A DNA stretch of 57,948 nt, taken from contig CAYYQL010000015.1 of NCBI GenBank assembly GCA_964473825.1, positions 1-57,948 on the forward strand, read 5' to 3'. Of the stretch, positions 39,021-47,545 are shown piece after piece (the first letter of the stretch is position 1; every line of letters starts with the position of its first letter). A model generated the notes under the pieces. It was not told the DNA's origin and searched no databases. It saw only the letters and a list, made by a program, of their open reading frames with translations. The stretch is from an uncultured archaeon (lineage in GTDB: Archaea > Asgardarchaeota > Thorarchaeia > Thorarchaeales > Thorarchaeaceae). A program made the position numbers and the translations under genes.

Positions 39021-39179
39021 AAGTGACAGAATGTGAGATTCAGAGGATGCCACAGCTTGTACTAGTGAGATGTCAGTGACCAGAGAAACACATGACTGGA
39101 GGTTCTTGAGACTGACAAAGGCAACCGATATCCACAAAGATAGGCAGGTCAGGCAGTCTAATTCTTTTGCGTCTGGCTG

Positions 39180-41174
39180 CTACTCGGAGAATGACCGAAT
39201 CTGTGAGAGTAACCCGCTAATATCGCTATTCCACCCAGTCTCATGGTCATATATCCGCTTATGGAGAGAACGGGTCTGGTTCCACCTACTCAAAAACTCA
39301 AATAGTCGCAAATCTATCTCCCGACTGTAGGCAACCTTCTGGAGCTCACCTCCAAGGAAGAGCTTGTCCTGATTACGAACCCGTATCACTGCAAAGACCT
39401 CGCATAGACTCCTCTCTGGATGTGACACGTAGACTGTACCATAGTATGCATATTGTATCAATGCGTCTATCACTGAGAGTATGTTTTCCGCATCGCCGCC
39501 CATGGTCACATTACTCATCCACAGTAGGACTACCGAGCCCGCCCTGTGGTTCGGCCCATATGAGAGATGGAGGATCTCTCTCTCAATCAAACTCGCTCCA
39601 ATCTGCTCAATCTCCGCTCTTGTGATATCGGAGGGGAAGATACCACGCTCAAGGCTATTACCACTACTAGACGTGAGTAGATCCAATACTTCCAGTTCCT
39701 TCTCAGACAGGGTATAGACCTCGTCGTTATGGGGCCCGTATTTTTTCCGCAAATCCGATAGAGATGTTTTCTCGGTGATTGTCTCACCTATGAACTCGAT
39801 GCTGGCCTTCTCACGCAGGTTGGTGAATCGGTAGCTCCAGTCAACCACTCTTGCAGACCGTTTCAGGACATGCGTCAGTTGCTCGCATGATCTAAGTGGC
39901 ATCAGCAACAGGTTTAACCTAGGTTCTCGAATTGCTGGGGATGTGAATCCCTCGCGACTCACGTCTTTCATCTCCGCGCTCCATACAAGGTGACGATGCG
40001 GCCAGCCATGAGCTCGACCGATGTGTACTACCTTTCGCAGCCCTATCTTCGGATGGTGTATTCCTCCACGAACGGCTACAACATCGAGACAGAGCATCTC
40101 ACCCCGAAGACCCCACATCTTTGAGTCACTAAGGGCGTCTTCAGGAGTGATCGGCATACACGTGTACACCCTACGGGACTTGTTCATTCTCTCATACAGG
40201 TCGAGTAGTTCTGGCGAGTTGGGGGATTCTAGCAGGCGTGCATATGGCATGTAGCTTCTTCCCATCTCCGAAGATATGAGGCTAGGATTGCCCTTTCCCT
40301 CATGAAGAAGACGTACGTAATCTGGAGTCGTTCGTCCAAGTGCTTTTCGCACAAGGTGCTCAATCTCATATCTGCAGTAGAGCGGTGCAGCACTGTATCG
40401 ATTTGCATAGTATTCCAGTGGCTCAATTCTGGGAATCTCCAGAGACTCCATATTAGCAAAGAACGCCATGAGTTCTTCTCGCCATTGCTCCGGAATGTGT
40501 TTAGGAACAATCTGATTGATAGTTTCGCGTGCTGTCTTACCCATCTGAAAATCTGTGACTGGATGACCTCGTGTCAACTGAAATAGTGTCCTGAAGCTCG
40601 GCGATTCTCCATCAAGCACCGCAAGCAAATGTTGACGAACTCTTTCGTCTTCTGGCCCTCTCTCGCGGTATGGGGTCGCTTCTGCCACTAGACGTTCGTA
40701 TTCCATCAGTCGAAAAGCCTCCAGCTCGTAGGGCTTGATGGTGTGCATGTGAAGCACTTCTCCATTCTGGATGATGGTTAGAAGTGAGTCCTCACCAGCG
40801 GTCTTCTGAAAGATGTAGGTGGCCAAAGATCTGCCCTCCAGCAAGCGACAGAACCAGGGGTACTTTGATGGCGGGTAAAAGCGGCTGGTGACTCCAGTCA
40901 TGTCACCTGGGTCATATGCCTCAGTGAATACCTCTTCTGCCCTGTTGACTATCAGCCTCTTATTGAGACGTTCCTCACAGAATTCACCGCCCATGGTTCT
41001 GAATATCGCTATATCAAGACTGTAGCTGTGGTAGTCGGCCGGAAGTCCTTTTCCTGAATTGGGATCCTTGAGATCGATTCCCACATCTGATACGGTCAGG
41101 ATAGCGTCTACTGCGTCATCAGAGCTATAGGCGACGACTTCTTTCTCAAACATGTCGGAATCATCTGACTTCAC
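39180..41174 (-). CDS. Large putative regulator with C-terminal winged-HTH / Lrp-AsnC-like modules
   Basis: Linker-like HHPKIGLRKVV, wHTH-like LSEKELEVLDLL...ITRAEIEQIGASLIEREIL, then a beta-alpha-beta region. Architecture parallels 21141-22877. By eye only. Confidence 0.5.
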   Translation of the reverse strand: MKSDDSDMFEKEVVAYSSDDAVDAILTVSDVGIDLKDPNSGKGLPADYHSYSLDIAIFRTMGGEFCEERLNKRLIVNRAEEVFTEAYDPGDMTGVTSRFYPPSKYPWFCRLLEGRSLATYIFQKTAGEDSLLTIIQNGEVLHMHTIKPYELEAFRLMEYERLVAEATPYRERGPEDERVRQHLLAVLDGESPSFRTLFQLTRGHPVTDFQMGKTARETINQIVPKHIPEQWREELMAFFANMESLEIPRIEPLEYYANRYSAAPLYCRYEIEHLVRKALGRTTPDYVRLLHEGKGNPSLISSEMGRSYMPYARLLESPNSPELLDLYERMNKSRRVYTCMPITPEDALSDSKMWGLRGEMLCLDVVAVRGGIHHPKIGLRKVVHIGRAHGWPHRHLVWSAEMKDVSREGFTSPAIREPRLNLLLMPLRSCEQLTHVLKRSARVVDWSYRFTNLREKASIEFIGETITEKTSLSDLRKKYGPHNDEVYTLSEKELEVLDLLTSSSGNSLERGIFPSDITRAEIEQIGASLIEREILHLSYGPNHRAGSVVLLWMSNVTMGGDAENILSVIDALIQYAYYGTVYVSHPERSLCEVFAVIRVRNQDKLFLGGELQKVAYSREIDLRLFEFLSRWNQTRSLHKRIYDHETGWNSDISGLLSQIRSFSE

Positions 41175-41200
41175 ATCTTCGTCAGGCGGATTTGACTGTT

Positions 41201-41330
41201 TTGTGTATACTTTTGTCCAATGTCAATGATTACGAGGCTTTATGGTCCTATTTCAGTTGCTTTACGTACTTTTAATGTTATTATAGTTATAACATAGCGT
41301 TATGGCGGCTTTTCCAGCCTAAAGAGACCT
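41201..41330 (-). promoter_or_regulatory. Conserved intergenic module copy A, upstream of 41174
   Basis: Reverse complement reads AGGTCTCTTTAGGC...CATAA...ATAACTATAATAACATTAAA...CATAA...TTGGACAAAAGTATACACAA. Ungapped match to copy B of 60/104 nt by hand count. Confidence 0.7.
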
Positions 41331-41430
41331 CAAGGCGACTCTGGAGTGTTCTAGGTACAACTTATGATAGTTCTAGCGACCCATACCTACGGGTTGGAAT
41401 CTGAGTTCCAACCATTGGAGTTGAAAAGAG

Positions 41431-42972
41431 TTGACGATTCTGACTAAGCTCGTCTCGGCCATGGCATCACGCAAGGTGAGGAAGCTGAACAATATCATTT
41501 CTCATCCTGTTGAGTCCACAGAGGCGTTGCTGGATGACATAATCAGACTCCACCGTGATACAGTATTCGGTAAGGAGTTTGAGATTGGAACACTGAACAC
41601 ACCTGAGGAGTTTGCAGAGGAGGTCCCCCTCATGGACTATCACTCATACAGGCCCTATCTTGAGCGGGTATACGAGAATCCCGAGGGGAAGATCCTGAGT
41701 CCTGATCCTGTGGTCTGGTACGTCCAGACATCGGGGTCAACAGGCCATCCGAAAGTGCTGCCGATTACAAAACGAGGCATGAGCAGCTGGATGGCGGGCT
41801 CGACTGCGACACAGATGACGTTCATCGATGCACACAAGGACAATGCGTCCATCTTCGACGGATCCATAATCATGTTCGGAGCCCCTGCAGAGCTGAAGAA
41901 GCACCACGGCCTGCCGCTGGGCTACATGACTGGAATAGCCCCAAAACTCGGGGCAAATTTTCTGTTCAGACGCATGATAAAGCCTGGGCCCGATATATTC
42001 AATGAGACTGACCTAGAGCGTAAGATGCGGATGTACGCACGTGTAGCTGTCGAGCAGGACATCTCGGTCTTTGCAGGCATCACTACCCTGAGCTTGGCGT
42101 TCTTCAGACGGATGCAGAACGAGTATGGTCCGTGGCTTCTTGAAGAGTACAGAGGAACCAAGTATGAGCAGCGAGTACGTGAGGCCCTCAATGATGATGG
42201 CACGCTAGACATCTCGGTGCTCTGGCCTAAGCTCAGGCAGCTGGTTGTAACGGGAATCGACACCGACCCTTACCGGGAGTGGATTCGTAAGACGCTACCG
42301 AACACCTGGATGTGGGAAGCCTATGCCGGCTCTGAGGGATACTATGGCTGTCAATTTTGGCCCGAGGAAGGGGTCGTCTTGCTACCGCATACTAACTACT
42401 TAGAATTCATCCCCGAAGCCGAAATAGACAAAGAGCAACCAGAGGTTGTACCGCTGGCCGAGTTGAGGAAGAACCACAGATACGAAGTGGTCATCACAAA
42501 CACCATGGGTTATGTACGGTATCGCATCGGGGACTTGGTCACAGTCACTACCACTGACCCATACATGGTGAGCTCCATCGGTCGCAAAGGTCGCGTAGTG
42601 AGTCTTGCGGGTGAGAAGATCAGCGACAAGCATGTTTCAAAGGCCATGGGTTATGCGTGTAAGGTTACAGGCGCAGAGGTACAGGACTACACTGTTGTTG
42701 GTGTAATAGAAGATGGGATAGCATCGTACAAAGTAGCCGCGATGTTCAATCACGACGAAGTTGAGAGTGTGGACTTCATTCGTGCGTTCGAGCACTCTCT
42801 CTGCGAGCAGAACTACGAGTTCGAGTATGTGCGGACCGTGGGTGCTCTCAATCCCACAACTTTGCTAAAGATGCAGAGCTCCTATCATCAGCGAACAGCT
42901 AAGCATATCCAAGCCAAACCAGTGACCCTGACAACAGACACTTCGGTGTTTGGCATTTGCACAGAGGTCTAG
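41431..42972 (+). CDS. GH3 family acyl-acid amido synthetase-like adenylating enzyme
   Basis: DTVFGK, VPLMDY, QTSGSTGHPKVLPIT, EAYAGSEG, YLEFIP, VVITNTMGYVRYRIGD, GEK. Confidence 0.9.
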   Translation: MTILTKLVSAMASRKVRKLNNIISHPVESTEALLDDIIRLHRDTVFGKEFEIGTLNTPEEFAEEVPLMDYHSYRPYLERVYENPEGKILSPDPVVWYVQTSGSTGHPKVLPITKRGMSSWMAGSTATQMTFIDAHKDNASIFDGSIIMFGAPAELKKHHGLPLGYMTGIAPKLGANFLFRRMIKPGPDIFNETDLERKMRMYARVAVEQDISVFAGITTLSLAFFRRMQNEYGPWLLEEYRGTKYEQRVREALNDDGTLDISVLWPKLRQLVVTGIDTDPYREWIRKTLPNTWMWEAYAGSEGYYGCQFWPEEGVVLLPHTNYLEFIPEAEIDKEQPEVVPLAELRKNHRYEVVITNTMGYVRYRIGDLVTVTTTDPYMVSSIGRKGRVVSLAGEKISDKHVSKAMGYACKVTGAEVQDYTVVGVIEDGIASYKVAAMFNHDEVESVDFIRAFEHSLCEQNYEFEYVRTVGALNPTTLLKMQSSYHQRTAKHIQAKPVTLTTDTSVFGICTEV

Positions 42973-43057
42973 GTCTCATTACGCCAGGTCGTGAAGGAAC
43001 AGTATAGCTCAGTCGCTTTCGGGCTCTACATGAAGAACACGAAGCAGACACGAGAGT

Positions 43058-43372
43058 TCACCAGACACCTGTGACGATAGCTTGCGCCAAGATCTCCAGT
43101 GCGACTCCCTGAGGATAGGTGACCACGGTGACCTCGTGTCTCTTATTCTTGAAGGTAATGGTGACATTCTCCGCTCTGCCAAGAATCAGTGCGTCCATCA
43201 CGGCCGCCTCAGACCAAGCTTCTACGTCCAACATGCCCGGTCTCAGAAAATCAGCTAGCAGACTTCTGAAGGACTCATGCTCGATTTCTAAGTGATGTGC
43301 AAGCTGTCGGAGTATCTCCACCTTCTGTGACCTGTCGGCCTCATTCCACCCCTGTTTTGGCACGCCGCTCAT
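43058..43372 (-). CDS. Small hypothetical protein (104 aa)
   Basis: Isolated ATG-start ORF filling an otherwise empty gap, with an AT-rich upstream region. Confidence 0.65.
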   Translation of the reverse strand: MSGVPKQGWNEADRSQKVEILRQLAHHLEIEHESFRSLLADFLRPGMLDVEAWSEAAVMDALILGRAENVTITFKNKRHEVTVVTYPQGVALEILAQAIVTGVW

Positions 43373-43598
43373 AGTTCAAGAAAAGTATCTTTATCGCAAT
43401 AAGCTTTCTTCCGTTTATCTGATTTTGCCGGATGATGGTCAATATGCAGTACAGATATGCTTGTCTCTCATACGGCTTGCAGGAGGGCTACATGGGACAC
43501 CTATAACCGCTCAATTACTCAATTAACGACCAACACTAATCGCCAATCATCCGATGAAGCGGATGCGGTATGTGGACTCAGCTAATCCTCCGCTTGGT

Positions 43599-44207
43599 TC
43601 AATCGACAGGGTTCAGAATATCGGCCTGCAGATTACGGATCAACTCAAATACCTCTGGGCGGCCTAGTAGCTTCAGCCTTGTCTCAGAGAGATTGTTGAT
43701 TACACATGAAATGCCGACGACTGTAGCTCCGAGCTTCTCCTCAAGAAGCTTCGTGACTGCCAATACGGTTGTGCCTTGAACCAGCCAATCATCAACAATT
43801 GCGACTCTATCGCCTTCATCGATCGACTCGGATACGAGGGCAAGTCTTCGATCGGCAAACATACTCGAGGGGAGAAATTCAACCGGTCGTTTGTAGTCGT
43901 CAGGCACATATGCAATTGAACGCGCGGGCACGATGCCGCAACCCAGGTAGTATGCAATTGCGCTTCCAAGTGCGAGGCCTCTCTGTTCGATTCCCAGAAC
44001 CTTGTTAGGTTGGAGCTCAAGAAGTGGCCTTGCTAAAGCCACCACAGCTTCATGGAAGACTGTCGGGTGCTCAAGAAGTCGACTGATGTCACAGACAGCC
44101 TTACCTGGTTCAGGCCAATCGGTAATCACGTCAACATAGTCGCGGAAATCTGTTTCTTCGTCGGTCATGGTCTTTTCCCAGAACAAATCAGAGTGTGTAT
44201 CAGACAT
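43599..44207 (-). CDS. apt: Adenine phosphoribosyltransferase-like type I PRTase
   Basis: DWPEPGKAVCDISRLL, GIEQRG, PRPP loop VAIVDDWLVQGTT (diverged from DDLLATGGT). Confidence 0.75.
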   Translation of the reverse strand: MSDTHSDLFWEKTMTDEETDFRDYVDVITDWPEPGKAVCDISRLLEHPTVFHEAVVALARPLLELQPNKVLGIEQRGLALGSAIAYYLGCGIVPARSIAYVPDDYKRPVEFLPSSMFADRRLALVSESIDEGDRVAIVDDWLVQGTTVLAVTKLLEEKLGATVVGISCVINNLSETRLKLLGRPEVFELIRNLQADILNPVD

Positions 44208-44328
44208 ATCTCTTTCTATCTAGAGCATCTACATGAGAAAAACTGGGCTTCGGCACACAACTCTGCGAAACAGTTAAGACTTTGGTGAGGGAATCTCACC
44301 ACAGAACTCGTTGTGGAGTAGCTGACAC

Positions 44329-45606
44329 ATGATAATCCCTGGGACAACAGTTTCGGTCACTCTTCTCTCGACATACGTTGAGCTCAGGGATAAAGGGATT
44401 ATCAAGAAGAAAATCAAGATCAAGAATAGGTCGTTCGAAGATGTCTTGGATGACTTGAATCTCTACTTTAGAGCTCGCGGCAAGCTGATTGCACACCGCA
44501 TTCTTCGGGATACCTTAGAGAAAATAGGCGTTCCCGTAGCCAAGTCGATAATGGTGGAAGAAGAAATCGAACCGACTTCGGACCAAGAGGCGAGAGAGGA
44601 ACAAGAAGAGCAGATGGCTTCTTCTTTCATCCAAAGCAAGAGTGTCAAGGTAAAGACCGAACCATCTGCAGATGAAACCAGGATCGAGGAAGAGGTCGCG
44701 GCAAGATTTGTAGCTAAGGAAGAAGCAGAACCTAATCGAAGCAAGTTGCAGGAGAATTATGACGGGATAACAGAAGCACTCACAGCTGTAGAGCGTATGT
44801 CTGATACCTTCATGTCGCCTCGTGGACGCGCGAAGGAGGAGAAGAGTCCGAGAATCAGGATAGATCTTGCCGGGGAAATGGAGATCAGGGCTTCAGCAAG
44901 AACCAGAGCGTCTGAAACCTTAGTATCAGAGGTGGTAGAACACACAACAGCCACTCCTCTTGAAACCACTGAGCCGGAGCTCGATGAAGGAGATGAACCG
45001 GTTTCAGGAGTGTCACGACATCAAATCAAACCATTATCCGAGGCCAAGGTACTCATTCTTGGTGAGAAGTCTGTTGGCAAAAGATCCCTAATGGCCAAGG
45101 CCAACCTCTGCCCTCAGTGCATGGACGACGATACGGATGAAGTATCGAAGTACATCTATGAGCGTGTCTTCGATACGGCAAATCATAGGGTAAGCATCCA
45201 CGTCTGGTGTTTCGACTATGCGGTTGAATCTAGAATAGATCGAAAGACCTACTACTTAAGTCCTGATGTCCTGCTCATTGTCTATTCAGCGTCCGATAGA
45301 TGGAGCTTCGAAAGCGTTGACTTCTGGATTCGTGAGGTCACTATGACATCTGAGAAGATCCCCCCAATCGTACTTGTCGCAAACAAGATAGATGAACGAT
45401 CGGGGCTTGATGAAGAATGGGAGGAACCACCAGTCTCTTACGAAGAAGGTTTCAAGGCAGCCGAAGCAATCGCAGAGCGCCTAGGGGATGAAGATAGTCT
45501 TCATCCTGTGGCGTTCATTGAAACCTCATGTCTTACCAATCAGGGCGTAGAAGACGCATTTCAGACTGCTGCAGACCTCTACGATGTCAAAATCTCAAAC
45601 ACATAA
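44329..45606 (+). CDS. Ras/Rab-like small-GTPase domain (degenerate G1/G3) with a long acidic N-terminal extension
   Basis: KVLILGEKSVGKRSL, VWCFD in place of WDxxG, LIVYSASDRWSFESVDFW, VLVANKID (G4), FIETSC (G5). Confidence 0.85.
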   Translation: MIIPGTTVSVTLLSTYVELRDKGIIKKKIKIKNRSFEDVLDDLNLYFRARGKLIAHRILRDTLEKIGVPVAKSIMVEEEIEPTSDQEAREEQEEQMASSFIQSKSVKVKTEPSADETRIEEEVAARFVAKEEAEPNRSKLQENYDGITEALTAVERMSDTFMSPRGRAKEEKSPRIRIDLAGEMEIRASARTRASETLVSEVVEHTTATPLETTEPELDEGDEPVSGVSRHQIKPLSEAKVLILGEKSVGKRSLMAKANLCPQCMDDDTDEVSKYIYERVFDTANHRVSIHVWCFDYAVESRIDRKTYYLSPDVLLIVYSASDRWSFESVDFWIREVTMTSEKIPPIVLVANKIDERSGLDEEWEEPPVSYEEGFKAAEAIAERLGDEDSLHPVAFIETSCLTNQGVEDAFQTAADLYDVKISNT

Positions 45607-45716
45607 CACATTAGCTTATTTGGATGATATGTCCTAATCCAACCACGAGAGTCAAATAGTCGAATGCATTGATACTGCAATGACAACAACCCCTTTGGTC
45701 TTGGACGTCAACACGG

Positions 45717-46031
45717 GTGATAAGGATACCTGAGCGTTGCGAAAGCTGTGGCAAAGAGATGGAACCATATGCCCCAGCGAAGACGCTCGAACAGACTTTT
45801 ATCAATGACGAACGTAAGAGAACTGGCATCTGTCAGGAATGCTTTGAAAAACGCTTCAAGGTTGAAACCAAGAGACGATCCGGATATGGCGGGACAATCT
45901 ACGAGCTCGTAGAGAAACCTCCACCAAGATTCGGCTTGGGAAGCAAGAAATTCACATGCCTGAAATGCAACTGGTACGCATGGACCGAAGAGGGGCTTAG
46001 GGTCCACATGAAAAAGCGGCATAGCGATTAG
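45717..46031 (+). CDS. Small zinc-finger protein (CxxC...CxxC plus C2H2)
   Basis: CESC, CQEC and FTCLKCNWYAWTEEGLRVHMKKRH. Confidence 0.8.
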   Translation: MIRIPERCESCGKEMEPYAPAKTLEQTFINDERKRTGICQECFEKRFKVETKRRSGYGGTIYELVEKPPPRFGLGSKKFTCLKCNWYAWTEEGLRVHMKKRHSD

Positions 46032-46780
46032 CTCTCAATGCTCTCTTGTTTTGTCACCATGCCTTCGCGGACTATCTCGTGGCCGACAACACGAAGATTC
46101 TCAATCCTTGAGGCAGCGCTTTCGAGCATTCCCATCCGATATGTCGCTGTGCGCGGTCCAAGCCCGTGCAGCCACTCGAGAGAAACCATATTGAGCCGGT
46201 CGTGCTCCTGAAAGTAGATCCGCAGGTCGTGAGCAATCCTCTTCTGTCGGTCGAACATAGCGGCAGCAAAACCCGCGCTGGGCGCTCCGAATCCTGCAAG
46301 TATCCAGATAGGAATGAGAGGATCGGAACCGAAGTACTGATAGAAGAGTATGAAGCCCGAGAACATGGGTTGGATGAGAGCGAGTATTACAAGAAAGAGC
46401 GATATGCTCTGAGGTAAGTCGTCGCTCCCAAGGCCAGCCAATCCGATGACATCCTGATTCGGAGGGATGAGGTATACGAGAACTGCTCCCGAGGAGAATC
46501 CCACAACGATTGCAGATATGAGTATGAAACTACCGAAGCGTACAGGCTCATTGAACCAAATCGATGGAAAGGATATGAGCGACTGTAAAGCGAGGAGTGC
46601 CGAGATTGTTACAGCTCCAACCATAAACCCCTTCACGCTGAAGAACTCATATCTCATTTCTGGGGTGTCGTCCATGGCTGCCCACCAACTCTCTCTTTGC
46701 CTTGTAGGGATAGCAGGAGTTTCTTTTGATAAAGCTTCGTCTTCATAGCGAAAAACGCGGGATGTATTGCTGAGGAGCAA
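46028..46780 (-). CDS. Membrane protein (~4 TM) of unknown function
   Basis: Hydrophobic helices and a soluble C-terminus. The true start is probably downstream of 46780. Confidence 0.72.
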   Translation of the reverse strand: MLLSNTSRVFRYEDEALSKETPAIPTRQRESWWAAMDDTPEMRYEFFSVKGFMVGAVTISALLALQSLISFPSIWFNEPVRFGSFILISAIVVGFSSGAVLVYLIPPNQDVIGLAGLGSDDLPQSISLFLVILALIQPMFSGFILFYQYFGSDPLIPIWILAGFGAPSAGFAAAMFDRQKRIAHDLRIYFQEHDRLNMVSLEWLHGLGPRTATYRMGMLESAASRIENLRVVGHEIVREGMVTKQESIES

Positions 46781-46807
46781 GCGCTTATCTTATTAGAACA
46801 TGATTAA

Positions 46808-47539
46808 GTGTATTCAGCAAGTCTGGAGTGGGAACCCCTGAACGATAACTATCTCATCTCGGTTGATGAAGTTTCCAGAGTGTACAGAGTTGGCAAAGTG
46901 AGTGTCGAAGCCCTTCGGGGCGTTTCCCTCAACGTGGAGAAGGGGGAAGCAATAGCTATCATGGGTCCTTCGGGATCAGGGAAGACTACACTTTTGAATC
47001 TCATAGGAGCCCTTGATAGACCATCTTCTGGTACTGTCAGAATTGATGGGATGGATATAACTCAGATGAGTGAGAGGGATTTAACAGCCATCCGAAGAGA
47101 CAAAATCTCATTTGTCTTTCAATTCTTCAATCTATTGCCGGTTCTTTCAGCATATGAGAACATTGAGTTGCCCCTTCTCATCGGGGGAGTCGAGGAAGAT
47201 GAACGGAAAGAGCGAGTTGACCATCTCTTGGAGCTTGTTGGTCTCACAGAGAGAGCTGAGCATCGCCCTGATGAGCTATCAGGAGGAGAACAACAACGGG
47301 TTGCGATTGCCAGAGCTCTGGCCAAGCCTCAAGGTGCGTCTAGATCGGTAATAGTACTTGCAGACGAACCGACCGGGGATCTGGACACGAGAACTGGCGA
47401 GGAGATAATGCAGGTGCTACAGAACCTCACCAAGAAAGAGGGTGGCACCCTTGTCGTTGTCACACATGACCCTGAAGTTGGTCAAGAGATGGAGAAGCTG
47501 TACACTATGAGAGATGGAAGAATCATAGATACGTCTTAG
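46808..47539 (+). CDS. ABC transporter ATP-binding protein (LolD/MacB type)
   Basis: GPSGSGKT, FQFFNL, LSGGEQQR, LADEPTGDLD, VTHD. Confidence 0.95.
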   Translation: MYSASLEWEPLNDNYLISVDEVSRVYRVGKVSVEALRGVSLNVEKGEAIAIMGPSGSGKTTLLNLIGALDRPSSGTVRIDGMDITQMSERDLTAIRRDKISFVFQFFNLLPVLSAYENIELPLLIGGVEEDERKERVDHLLELVGLTERAEHRPDELSGGEQQRVAIARALAKPQGASRSVIVLADEPTGDLDTRTGEEIMQVLQNLTKKEGGTLVVVTHDPEVGQEMEKLYTMRDGRIIDTS

Positions 47540-47545
47540 AAGGTT

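Noticed and set aside
39070-39330. 86-aa ORF downstream of module B
   Set aside because: It overlaps the 664-aa gene antisense by 151 nt and has no recognisable features. Not called as a CDS, though the region is flagged as a finding.
20900-41400. Provirus, ICE or casposon interpretation of the operon
   Set aside because: No integrase, relaxase, primase/polymerase, capsid or Cas1 gene was recognised, and no att-like direct repeats or adjacent tRNA. The inverted modules are only ~58% identical and look promoter-like.
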